Source of the DNA: Candidatus Omnitrophota bacterium
Lineage (GTDB): Bacteria; Omnitrophota; Gorgyraeia; Zapsychrales; Aceulaceae
Reading direction: 5' to 3'
Length of the DNA: 64,000 nt
NCBI GenBank assembly: GCA_029564765.1
Contig: JAKQPK010000023.1
Coordinates: 163,640-227,639 of the forward strand
The notes under the pieces were generated by a model, which was given only the letters and a program-made list of their open reading frames with translations, was not told the origin of the DNA and did not search any database. Made by a program: the position numbers and the translations under genes. Within the stretch, counting starts at the first letter, position 1; every line of letters starts with the position of its first letter. Shown piece by piece: positions 1-9,005 of this stretch.

Positions 1-1002
1 AAATGGATACGAAGGTGCGTTAGTCGGGCTGGAAGAAAGATTTCCAGATAACTGTCCTGTGACCAGTGTAAAACATCTTTGGGCGGTTGATCCAACAGGA
101 AAACCAACAGTAAAAGTTCTCCCTCCTGCCGCATAGCTCTGTTGCATGCTGGGAGTTACGAGCGTTGCTCCTGATCCATTCTGCAAAAGCCTCAACATAA
201 GGCCGGAAAAAACCTGATCAGCTTCTCCAGCGACAGATGATTGAAGGATAAATTTGAGATTTGCTGTCGGATTTGGCTCAAGACAGAAATCATGGGTTGT
301 ATCCTGGCTGGACTGGACGTTGACGATAACAGATGGTGGTGAAGCTGGCGGATAGTTGCCATGATTAGCCTTTGACCCTTGGATCGCATAGTCTCCTGTC
401 GGCAAAACTCGCACTGTATTGACCAGAAAAGTATAGAATCCGTTGCCATCTGTATAAACCTGACGTGAAGTCCCATCATTCTGGCTAGTGATCGTAACCA
501 TAGCCGAGCTGATAACAGCTGAGGTGCTACAATTTCTGACCGTACCCTGAATATTTCCTGGCAAGGTATCCGCGGGCCGAGACACAGTAAAGACATGATC
601 GACTTGCTTTAGCTGGCCATTTTCAGGGGTCCATCGCACAGCGATAGAGAATCTTTTTGTTTCTTCAGTTCCAGACAAAAAAACAACCCTGCTTTCAAAA
701 AAATTATTCGGATATCCCGGCTGAGTATAGGGCTGCCATGCCCCCTGAGCAGGAAAATTAGCAGCATTCATGTTATAAAAGGCGTTTGGATTATTATCCA
801 TGCCTTGTTTGATCTGTTCATAGCGAGAGGTGAGAATATTCTTTGCTGTTATTCGATCCCGCGTGAACATCTCTTCAAAAGAAATCGATGACAGCGCCAT
901 GTAAACAGCGGTAGATGTCAGCCCAAGGACTAAAAGACTGATCATCACTTCAATCAAGGTAAATGCCTGAAGGCGGGACCTGCGAAGCGGGCGCAAAAAC
1001 AT
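1..1002 (-). CDS. Large prepilin-type (minor pilin/adhesin) protein with carboxypeptidase-regulatory-like beta-sandwich domain; truncated by window edge
   Basis: Not in the ORF track; translated by hand. ATG at 1002 with AGGAGG upstream (1008-1013), no stop down to base 1. N-terminus MFLRPLRRSRLQA|FTLIEVMISLLVLGL is a class III signal; later GNIQGTVRN...VYTDGNGFYTF...LPTGDYAIQGSK. Confidence 0.85.
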   Translation of the reverse strand, partial: MFLRPLRRSRLQAFTLIEVMISLLVLGLTSTAVYMALSSISFEEMFTRDRITAKNILTSRYEQIKQGMDNNPNAFYNMNAANFPAQGAWQPYTQPGYPNNFFESRVVFLSGTEETKRFSIAVRWTPENGQLKQVDHVFTVSRPADTLPGNIQGTVRNCSTSAVISSAMVTITSQNDGTSRQVYTDGNGFYTFLVNTVRVLPTGDYAIQGSKANHGNYPPASPPSVIVNVQSSQDTTHDFCLEPNPTANLKFILQSSVAGEADQVFSGLMLRLLQNGSGATLVTPSMQQSYAAGGRTFTVGFPVGSTAQRCFTLVTGQLSGNLSSSPTNAPSYPF

Positions 1003-1106
1003 ACGAACCTCCTGAATAATGACCCTCACGGACAACGCGCATCCTATAAAATAAGTATACTACATTTACAGTATGCGCGATGGACAAATCTTAAAGTCAA
1101 AACACG

Positions 1107-2639
1107 CTAATCCTTAATGATCTGTGGAATAACGGTAATGATAACTTCCTTGCTGTCGGTTGTGATTTTTTCATAGCGGAATGCCCATTTGATAAATGGG
1201 ATATCGCCCAAGAAAGGCACTTTATAAATATTTTTCTTCTCTTCTTCGCTTAAAAGGCCAGCTAAGATAAAGGGTTGGTTATTCTTGACCTTGACACTAG
1301 CAAATGCTTCACGCGTCCTGACCCATGGATATTGGTCCCCTTCGCCGCGCCAAGAATAAATAAAGCTGACCTCTGGCTTAACGTTGACGACAACATAATC
1401 ATCCGCAATAATAGATGGGGTGATGTTCAAACGAATGCCTGCCTCAGTAAAGCGGACCTCTGTATTGGCAACGCCTCCGGTCACCGTTGTGATCTCATAT
1501 GGAATGCGATCGCCGATAAAAATGCTTGCTTCCTCTCCGTTAACGGTCGCGATCTTTGGATTAGAAAGGATCTTGGCTTTGTTGGTTTGGATCAACATGT
1601 TGATCGCCGCGTCAAGCTGCATTGGCGTACGCGTAAAACGATAGATGTTAAGCGCATTCACGGGATCCGTGATCCTTGTCCCCATCGCCAATGGATCAAA
1701 ATTAGATTCTTGAAAGGACACGCTAAGCTTGTCCGACCAATCCACCCCGATCTGGGATAAAGCATCCTTGTCCACCTCGATCAACTGAGTGATTAAAAGG
1801 ACCTGCGCGCGAGGCTTGTCCACTTCCGCGATGATCTTCTCTACATCCTTGATCTGCGAGATCGTTCCCACAACAAGCAAAGCGTTGATCGCGCGATCTG
1901 AAGCCACTGATTCCGCGAGATCCTTGACCAAATTTTTCGCGTCCTCCGCGTTAATGTTCTTTAGGCGGATGATCTTGTGGACCGCGGCCATACCGGCAAT
2001 ACGGTTCTTGGGTGCGACAAAAACAGAATTTCCCTTGATCGCATATGATAGTTCGTACGCCTGTAGGATAAGCTCGATCGCCTCTGAAACGGCAACATCT
2101 TTTAAGTGGAGGGTCACTTCTCTATCCCTAGTCGAAGGATCAACGATGATATTAATGCCTGCTTGCTCGGCAACCACACGCAAGGCCTCATCCAGTTTGA
2201 GCTTATCAAAATCCAGAGTGATCTTTTTGTCTTGCTGATCCGCGAGCAAGCGGTTGATATCGCTAATGCCCTCCTCCGCGTCCTGAACCTTCACAGGCTC
2301 TAAAGGAACGGGGTCAGATTTCTTTTCGTTAAGGGCTAGCGCTTGATTGTCAGCCACAGGAGCTAAAAGCACATCCTTCTGGAATTCGGTGATCTTATCG
2401 GCTTGCTTTAAGGTCATTTCCTTAGCTTGATCTTCACTACGTTTTAGAAATGATTCTTCTAAAACGCTTTTTTGGATCTCCGCAACAGTCATTTTGTCTT
2501 GAATAATGCTTTGCTCAAGATCATTGATCGAAGAAAGAAAGCTATCCCGGCCCTGATCAGCTTCCTGAGCCTGTACGACGCAAATACATAATAGGCTTAT
2601 CAGCCCCGCCCATAACAAGAATGTCATCCTTCTTTTCAT
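1107..2639 (-). CDS. pilQ: Type IV pilus/T2SS secretin (PilQ/GspD family)
   Basis: Signal peptide; STN-like ITLDFDKLKLDEALRVVAEQAGINIIVD; secretin motifs KILSNPKIATVNGEEASIFIG and KVPFLGDIPFIKWAF. Confidence 0.88.
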   Translation of the reverse strand: MKRRMTFLLWAGLISLLCICVVQAQEADQGRDSFLSSINDLEQSIIQDKMTVAEIQKSVLEESFLKRSEDQAKEMTLKQADKITEFQKDVLLAPVADNQALALNEKKSDPVPLEPVKVQDAEEGISDINRLLADQQDKKITLDFDKLKLDEALRVVAEQAGINIIVDPSTRDREVTLHLKDVAVSEAIELILQAYELSYAIKGNSVFVAPKNRIAGMAAVHKIIRLKNINAEDAKNLVKDLAESVASDRAINALLVVGTISQIKDVEKIIAEVDKPRAQVLLITQLIEVDKDALSQIGVDWSDKLSVSFQESNFDPLAMGTRITDPVNALNIYRFTRTPMQLDAAINMLIQTNKAKILSNPKIATVNGEEASIFIGDRIPYEITTVTGGVANTEVRFTEAGIRLNITPSIIADDYVVVNVKPEVSFIYSWRGEGDQYPWVRTREAFASVKVKNNQPFILAGLLSEEEKKNIYKVPFLGDIPFIKWAFRYEKITTDSKEVIITVIPQIIKD

Positions 2640-3100
2640 TTTTTTGCCTCCGGGATTTTTAAGTAGAAATCTTGTCCGTCTTTATTGAGCCGCACTCCTT
2701 TTTGATTGATCTCAAGGACCTTGAATGCGTTTATATATTCTTGTTCACGCACAACGTAATTCTTTTTCTCGACTTTATTACGAATGAAAGCGATCGGATG
2801 TTCCGAAACCAATGTCCCTGACAGCTCAAGCATAGAAATATCACTAACAACAGCTGGCTGTTCACCTTGAGTAAGAGTAGAACGTGAAACAACCAAAGGC
2901 CTAAAAACATCTCGCTTAAAGACAACCTTGGGCGGCTTAGACCACATAACGCTTTGCGCCAACTGCACCTGCTCTTCACTGACAACCATAAGTGCGGGTT
3001 GAGGTAATGGTTTTTGAAACTTTTTTGAAAGGTTCGGCGGAAAATCACAAGCCCCAAGGATTGCCAAGACCGCGATGAATAGGAGAATATTCTTTTTCAT
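2636..3100 (-). CDS. PilP-like pilus assembly lipoprotein
   Basis: Lipobox LGAC; RDVFRP motif; LELSGTL...AFI beta domain; lies between PilO-like gene and secretin. Confidence 0.7.
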   Translation of the reverse strand: MKKNILLFIAVLAILGACDFPPNLSKKFQKPLPQPALMVVSEEQVQLAQSVMWSKPPKVVFKRDVFRPLVVSRSTLTQGEQPAVVSDISMLELSGTLVSEHPIAFIRNKVEKKNYVVREQEYINAFKVLEINQKGVRLNKDGQDFYLKIPEAKK

Positions 3101-3717
3101 TTTGCCGCTTGTCCTCTATCAAGCCCGCCTAAGCTGTACAAGTCTAAACGAAACTCCACCTGAATCTCAGGATACATCCGTCCTGAAACCAGAAAATCGC
3201 TAAGGGTCAGTAATTGCCTGTTCTTTTCAAGGCTCGTCATAAAATCGAACACATTCTCCGTTTCACCGGAAACACGCAGTTTGTATGGTGTGGCCATTAG
3301 ATACAAGCCTTCATCCGCTTGCGCATCCCGGGAACTTGTAGGGCGGACGTCTTTAGGAGCTAACGGGTCTTTGACCTTAACGATCTCAGCCTGCAAAGCT
3401 GTCATTTCCTTGGGTTTAACATTGTACTGTTTTGAGGATACGGAGATCCCTTCCAAGAAAGCCGCGATATCTTTTTCAGTGAATAGCAGAGATTCAAAAC
3501 GTTTAATATCTTTTTGATGCTCCGCCATAAGGCTGTCAAATTGTTGCATCTGATCTTCCAAACGCTTTTTATTGGCCTGCAAAAGATCTATGCTCTTGCG
3601 CGTCCATGCGCAGGAGGCTTCTAGATACTGCACAATGAAAAAAAGACTGCCTGCGAAAAGAAAACACAAAAGAAAGCATAGTGGTGTTGTAAAGAATTTG
3701 CGTTCTCGAGGCTTCAT
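3097..3717 (-). CDS. PilO/GspM-like alignment protein
   Basis: N-terminal TM helix, coiled coil, ferredoxin-like PYKLRVSG...FDFMTSLEK...LLTLSDF; operon position. Confidence 0.72.
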   Translation of the reverse strand: MKPRERKFFTTPLCFLLCFLFAGSLFFIVQYLEASCAWTRKSIDLLQANKKRLEDQMQQFDSLMAEHQKDIKRFESLLFTEKDIAAFLEGISVSSKQYNVKPKEMTALQAEIVKVKDPLAPKDVRPTSSRDAQADEGLYLMATPYKLRVSGETENVFDFMTSLEKNRQLLTLSDFLVSGRMYPEIQVEFRLDLYSLGGLDRGQAAK

Positions 3718-5207
3718 TTTACGTCCTTTTTTTCATCCGCAGCATCAGCAGCGACAATAACACCGGTATTGATCTCAAAATCTTGAACGATCTCTTTTTC
3801 GATCGTGGCTTCTCGGACGGACCTTAAGGTCGATTCTCGAAAATTAGAAACAGATCGTAATTTGCGTATATAAAGCGCAACCGCATCCAGGGTTAAGGCT
3901 TTTCCGGTCAATTTAATATCACCCAGCCTGGAAAGGCTCACAGATTCGATCCATGAATCTTCAGGAGTGGCGCTGGCAACCTTCATAAAAGTATCAGCCC
4001 AAGAGATCTTTTTAAGATCTGAAACAGCGGAGGCCTGCAGTAAAAGCTTGCGTTTAACATCAATGTTCTTTTGGCGTTCGAGGTCCAAAGTAGCTGTTTG
4101 CGCCTCCAGCGCGCGAACCTCGTCACCAGCCTGACGATATTGTTTCAATAGATCCTGGTACTGCGTGTATCCTTTTAAGATGCTCGCGAGCCCAAAAAAA
4201 GCGGTCACAAGCGCAACGATGCTTGCGCCAACAAGAACTTTTCGACGATAGTCAAGCGTACTTCTAAAATCCCAGATCTGAGAAAAATCAAAATGTGTTT
4301 TAGCGGATCGATAGCTCTCCGCGGCTGCCAAGCATGGCAAATACGCGAGGTTCAGGCTTGGCAAGGTTTTCGGTCGCAGCGTCACTGTCTTAGGCAAAGT
4401 CACGGCAACCGCATAACGATTCACAAAAAGGGCAAGGCGTTTTTCAAGGCCTGAGTACTTTTCATTGTCAAACATAATAAGAATGTCACAGATCAAGTTG
4501 TCACGCTGCGTTTCATAAGATTTGATGATGCGTTTTAACTCTTCAGATAAATTCTTAAATGCCTCCTCGTCCAAGGATCCAGTTTGGCCAAGATCGTCCA
4601 AGCCCCAATCTATGCTATAAACCCCCTGACAGCCATGCCCGCTAACAAAAAGGACATAGCTTACCTGCCGCTCTAAAAGAACGTAGGCAATATCCTTAGG
4701 AGGCAATTTTTCAAAAGGAATGTCGATCAAATTAAGAGGGGCCAGGCTAAAAGATAAGGGTTTCAACCCGGAATCCTTCAGAAGACGGATACAAAAATCG
4801 ATCAGATATTTCTCAACAACGCTGTAGATGATGCGAAGCCTTTTCGCTTCGATCGCCTGGTAGCCGCGATAAGTATAATAATAATTACGGGCACTAAAAC
4901 GGCTACCCCGCTCGATATCATTAACGATAATGGTCTCTGCTTCCTTGTGGGACATCGGCGGCAAAAGCATTTCCTTAAAAACAACGCCAGAATGCGTGAG
5001 CGTAAAACAAGCCTTATTCTCAGAGATCCGGTTGGTCTTCAAGAAAGTCCTGAACTCTTTTGCTAAAGACTTGATATCTTTGGACTGAAAGATGTCCTGA
5101 GAAAAAGACAAAAGGGCGGCCTTATGAATAACGATCGACCGCCCTTTTTTTGCAAAGGCGAGAACTCTAATGGATTTATTGCTGATCTCAACTGATAGCA
5201 TGTTCAC
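3714..5207 (-). CDS. PilM-PilN fusion protein
   Basis: N-terminal actin-like PilM region (SVEISNKSIRV, VVFKEMLLPPM), central TM helix, C-terminal PilN region (SWADTFMKVASATPEDSWIESVS...IKLTGKA). Confidence 0.75.
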   Translation of the reverse strand: MNMLSVEISNKSIRVLAFAKKGRSIVIHKAALLSFSQDIFQSKDIKSLAKEFRTFLKTNRISENKACFTLTHSGVVFKEMLLPPMSHKEAETIIVNDIERGSRFSARNYYYTYRGYQAIEAKRLRIIYSVVEKYLIDFCIRLLKDSGLKPLSFSLAPLNLIDIPFEKLPPKDIAYVLLERQVSYVLFVSGHGCQGVYSIDWGLDDLGQTGSLDEEAFKNLSEELKRIIKSYETQRDNLICDILIMFDNEKYSGLEKRLALFVNRYAVAVTLPKTVTLRPKTLPSLNLAYLPCLAAAESYRSAKTHFDFSQIWDFRSTLDYRRKVLVGASIVALVTAFFGLASILKGYTQYQDLLKQYRQAGDEVRALEAQTATLDLERQKNIDVKRKLLLQASAVSDLKKISWADTFMKVASATPEDSWIESVSLSRLGDIKLTGKALTLDAVALYIRKLRSVSNFRESTLRSVREATIEKEIVQDFEINTGVIVAADAADEKKDVK

Positions 5208-5251
5208 CTAATAAGACCAGGAAAAACATTTTCCGGCCATCCTTCTCGATA

Positions 5252-5620
5252 TTACATATGAGTACCGTTAGCGTTAAAGTGCGCGGCGCGGCTTGTTGTT
5301 GTGGTCGGCATCGCGGCTGCTGTTGCTCCGGCAGTAACTGTATATGCTACACCGGGAGTCACAGGACAAACAGGCCAAGCACCGTTGGGTAAATATGTCA
5401 AAAGATTAGCTTGAGCTCCGCATCCGTTCGCTGTCCCATCTCTTCGCTCAGCCATGCACATCGCGATCGCTGAATCGATCGCTCGGAAATTTGCATCGCA
5501 TGCTTTGACATTCGCTGTGCGCATGCTTTGCAAAGCGCTAGGGACCAAGAATGCCATGATCATGCCGATCACAACAATGACAACAAGGATCTCAACTAAC
5601 GTAAACGCTTTCCTTCTCAT
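5252..5620 (-). CDS. Type IV pilin/pseudopilin (probable major pilin)
   Basis: MRRKA|FTLVEILVVIVVIG class III signal; 122 aa; four Cys; strong GGAGG RBS. Confidence 0.9.
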   Translation of the reverse strand: MRRKAFTLVEILVVIVVIGMIMAFLVPSALQSMRTANVKACDANFRAIDSAIAMCMAERRDGTANGCGAQANLLTYLPNGAWPVCPVTPGVAYTVTAGATAAAMPTTTTSRAAHFNANGTHM

Positions 5621-5711
5621 GCCTTCCTCCTTTTTAAGTGGTTGCGTTCTTTTACTTCTATTATTTTTATATCAATAAATCCAAGCCTTGTATATAAGGA
5701 AATCATCTTTT

Positions 5712-6911
5712 TTACTTACCAAACGTGCTCCAAAGCGTGAAGATCGGAAAATAAATGGACGCAAGAACAAAAAGGACAACCCCGCCCACGATCACGACCA
5801 CCGTCGGGCCTAAAGCGGTTGTCAGCTTATGGATCTCATAATCGATCTCTTCGTCTAAAAAATCCCCCAGGATCTTGAGCATCTCGATCAACATGCCGCT
5901 ATTCTCGCCAATAGAGATCATCTGAATAACGAACAAAGGAAAAAGACTGGTCTCTTTGAGCGAATCGCTGATGCGTCCACCCTTAGCGATCAAGGGGTTC
6001 GCGACCTTCATCTTTCTTTCAAGATAAAGATTGCCAAAACTACGCTCCGCGCCGATCAAGGCATCGTTGATATTGATCCCGCTGGCAACAAGCGCGCGCA
6101 AAGAATGAATAAAACGCGCTAAGGCCGAAACACGGATCACGCCGCCGGCTAGGGGCAGGCGGGTTTTAAGAAAATCGATCTTCATCCGTCCCTCATGCGT
6201 GGAGCGGTATCGACCGATCAGAAGAAATCCTACCACAGCCAAAATAAGACCGACCCACCAATAGCGCAAAAATCCAGCCGAAAGGTCTAAGAGCATTTGC
6301 GTAATAGGCGGCAGATCAATATTAAGTTTTTCAAAAACATTCCTGAAAACCGGAACAACCAAGGTGAGCATCACAACAATAACAAGAACGGTAACAACCA
6401 GAACAATGGCCGGATAGACCAAGGCGCGCTTGACCTTTTGCACAACATCACGCTCTTGAGCGAGATGATCGATCACGCGTTGCAATACCCCGACAAGATC
6501 TCCTCCTCGCTCACCCACCTCAATAAGGTTGATATAGGTCGGCGGAAAAACAGATGGATATTTCTTAAGCGACATAGAAAAGAGCATCCCGCGCCCTAAG
6601 TCCGTGATCACTTCGCTTAAGATCATCTGCAGCTGCTTATCCTCTGTCTGCTCCCAAAGAATTTTCAAACTGGAAAGGATCGCCACACCAGCTTTCAGCA
6701 TCGCGTGGAGTTTTTGCGTAAAACGGATCACCGAATCCACGGGAACATGGTAGATCAAAACGGTCTTGCGCTTGTTCACGGGGGTCATTTCAAGGATAAA
6801 ATATCCTTCTGCGGCAATGGAATTAACCGCTTCTCTCTTGCTGGCCGCCTCTACAAATCCTGTCAGTGAATTTCCGTTTTTATCTTTGACCTTATATAAA
6901 AACTGACCCAT
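5712..6911 (-). CDS. pilC: Type IV pilus inner-membrane platform protein PilC/GspF
   Basis: Two T2SSF repeats (FTQKLHAMLKAGV...GERGGDL; GENSGML); start moved to ATG 6911 (MGQFLYKV) with AGGAG RBS. Confidence 0.92.
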   Translation of the reverse strand: MGQFLYKVKDKNGNSLTGFVEAASKREAVNSIAAEGYFILEMTPVNKRKTVLIYHVPVDSVIRFTQKLHAMLKAGVAILSSLKILWEQTEDKQLQMILSEVITDLGRGMLFSMSLKKYPSVFPPTYINLIEVGERGGDLVGVLQRVIDHLAQERDVVQKVKRALVYPAIVLVVTVLVIVVMLTLVVPVFRNVFEKLNIDLPPITQMLLDLSAGFLRYWWVGLILAVVGFLLIGRYRSTHEGRMKIDFLKTRLPLAGGVIRVSALARFIHSLRALVASGININDALIGAERSFGNLYLERKMKVANPLIAKGGRISDSLKETSLFPLFVIQMISIGENSGMLIEMLKILGDFLDEEIDYEIHKLTTALGPTVVVIVGGVVLFVLASIYFPIFTLWSTFGK

Positions 6912-6925
6912 AGCGCTCTCCTGTA

Positions 6926-8629
6926 TTATTCCTTCCCTAGCAAGGTCACACGCATCGCTTCTTCTAAGGACGTTACGCCTTGGCATACTTTACGCAAAGC
7001 ACTCATCTGCAAGGTGCTCATCCCCTGAGAGATGGCCATCGCGTGGATATCTGCCTCTGAAGCTCTTTTGAGAACAAGATCTTTGATCTCTGGCGTCATA
7101 CGCATCATCTCAAAAATAACAGCCCGTCCTTTATATCCTAAATAATCACAATTAGGACATCCTTGGGCTTTCTTGAATTGATAGCTACCGATCTTCGCCA
7201 AGTAAGGCTGGATATATTTTTCAAGCTCACGCGAAACATCTTCTTTTTTCGCGCAGTCCGGGCAAAGCTTTCGCACCAGGCGCTGAGCGATGATCGCGAT
7301 CACAGAAGCGCCGATCAAGAAAGGCTCTACGTGCATATCCACAAGGCGCACGATCGCCCCAGGCGCGTTGTTCGTATGTAAAGTCGAAAATACGAGATGA
7401 CCCGTTAAAGCGGCTTGCACAGCGATCTCTGCTGTTTCAAGGTCGCGGATCTCTCCGATCATGATCACATTGGGGTCTTGACGCAAGATATGCCGCATAC
7501 CTGTGGCGAACGTATAGCCAGCGCGCACATTTACCTCGGTCTGATTGATGCCGTTCAATTCATATTCGATCGGATCTTCGACCGTGACGATATTGCGCGT
7601 CTCATCGTTAAGCTTGTTCAAGACCGAATACAGAGTGGTCGTCTTTCCGCTTCCCGTCGGACCCGTAACAAGCATAATACCGTACGGCGTTTCTATGACT
7701 TTCTTGAAAAAATCCTGCTCGGCATCATCCAGCCCGAGCTGACTCAAGTCCACAAGCACGCTTTGCTTGTCTAAGATCCTCATAACGATCTTTTCCCCAA
7801 AAGAATCCGGCAAGGAAGAGACACGAATATCATATTCTCTTTTGCCTAAGCTTATTTTCATCTTGCCGTCCTGGGGCTTGCGCATCTCAGAGATGTCTAG
7901 GCCGCTAATGATCTTAATGCGCGATGTTACGGAAAGCTGTAGGTCCTTAGGGACCTCAAATTTTTTATGCAAAACGCCATCCACGCGAAAACGTACACGC
8001 ACGCCTTCTTTCTGCGGCTCCAGATGGATATCCGAAGCTCTTTGATGGATCGCCTCGCGGATCATGGAGTTAACAAGCTGAACGACAGGCGCATCCTCGA
8101 CCGCTTCTTCAAGTTTGCGGATATTGCTAACGGCTTCTTCTTTCTTCTCGCTTTTCTCGATCTCGATATCATCGATGGCCGCCTGCAGGCGGTCCGAAGA
8201 GCCAAACCATTTATCCAGACAGCTGATGATCCCGGAAGAAGTCGCAATAACGAGCTTGATCTTGTAAGCCGTCAAATGCTTGATGTCCTGGATCGCGCGC
8301 ATATCCAAAGGATTCGCCACAGCGACGATCAATGTATTTTCTTTGAATTGAAAGGGAACGGCTTTCCACTCACGAAGTTTCTTGGGAGGAAAAATATCCT
8401 TAAGCTTTTCATCTAAGATCAACTCATCATCGGTGACAATAGGAAGGTTTAGTTGCTCGGATAGGATCTTGACGATGTCTTTCTCTAAGACAAAGCCTTT
8501 TTCGACCAAGATCTCCCCTAAAAATTTCTTTTGGACTTTTTGCAACTCCAGGGCTTCCAAAAGCTGCCCCTCGGAAATAATGCCTTGGGCCATCAAATGC
8601 TCGCCAAGTTTGTTCTTTTTATCAGCCAT
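6926..8629 (-). CDS. pilB: Type IV pilus assembly ATPase PilB/GspE with N-terminal MshEN domain
   Basis: Walker A GPTGSGKTT, TVEDPIE, LRQDPNVIMIGEIRD, CPDC...CPNC zinc motif; tandem LGxxLxxxG...Q motifs at N-terminus. Confidence 0.95.
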   Translation of the reverse strand: MADKKNKLGEHLMAQGIISEGQLLEALELQKVQKKFLGEILVEKGFVLEKDIVKILSEQLNLPIVTDDELILDEKLKDIFPPKKLREWKAVPFQFKENTLIVAVANPLDMRAIQDIKHLTAYKIKLVIATSSGIISCLDKWFGSSDRLQAAIDDIEIEKSEKKEEAVSNIRKLEEAVEDAPVVQLVNSMIREAIHQRASDIHLEPQKEGVRVRFRVDGVLHKKFEVPKDLQLSVTSRIKIISGLDISEMRKPQDGKMKISLGKREYDIRVSSLPDSFGEKIVMRILDKQSVLVDLSQLGLDDAEQDFFKKVIETPYGIMLVTGPTGSGKTTTLYSVLNKLNDETRNIVTVEDPIEYELNGINQTEVNVRAGYTFATGMRHILRQDPNVIMIGEIRDLETAEIAVQAALTGHLVFSTLHTNNAPGAIVRLVDMHVEPFLIGASVIAIIAQRLVRKLCPDCAKKEDVSRELEKYIQPYLAKIGSYQFKKAQGCPNCDYLGYKGRAVIFEMMRMTPEIKDLVLKRASEADIHAMAISQGMSTLQMSALRKVCQGVTSLEEAMRVTLLGKE

Positions 8630-8630
8630 A

Positions 8631-8993
8631 CTAAGCGCAACCTTTTTGCTTTTTACTTTCTTCGCTTAACCACGTTTTGTAAGCTTTCTCTAAAAGCTCA
8701 CTTTTTTGCGCGGGATCGATCTGAGTGATCTCGATCCCAGCCTTCCCTAATTTTTCCTTAAGACAAACCCATGCGACCTTGCCAGTGAACATGATCGCCT
8801 CCTGGCTAGGTTCAAGCTGCAGACGAACACGGACTACAGCTCCCTGCTGAAAAGCCTGATGGCTCGAATGAAAACCAACCCCTCCACGGGAAATATTGTC
8901 CAGGCATACTTCCGCTGCGGACCCGTCTTCAAAAGTAAAAAAGATCGTTTTTAAAGAGAATGGGAATCTGAAAAACCTTCTTTTTTCGATCAC
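8631..8993 (-). CDS. PilZ domain protein (c-di-GMP receptor)
   Basis: EKRRFFR (RxxxR) and NISRGG (D/NxSxxG) motifs; GKVAW. Confidence 0.85.
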   Translation of the reverse strand: MIEKRRFFRFPFSLKTIFFTFEDGSAAEVCLDNISRGGVGFHSSHQAFQQGAVVRVRLQLEPSQEAIMFTGKVAWVCLKEKLGKAGIEITQIDPAQKSELLEKAYKTWLSEESKKQKGCA

Positions 8994-9005
8994 AACTTAT
9001 CCTTT

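Noticed and set aside
192-596. 134-aa ORF in the track
   Set aside because: Alternative frame inside the longer prepilin ORF (1002 to window edge), which has an RBS and recognisable motifs.
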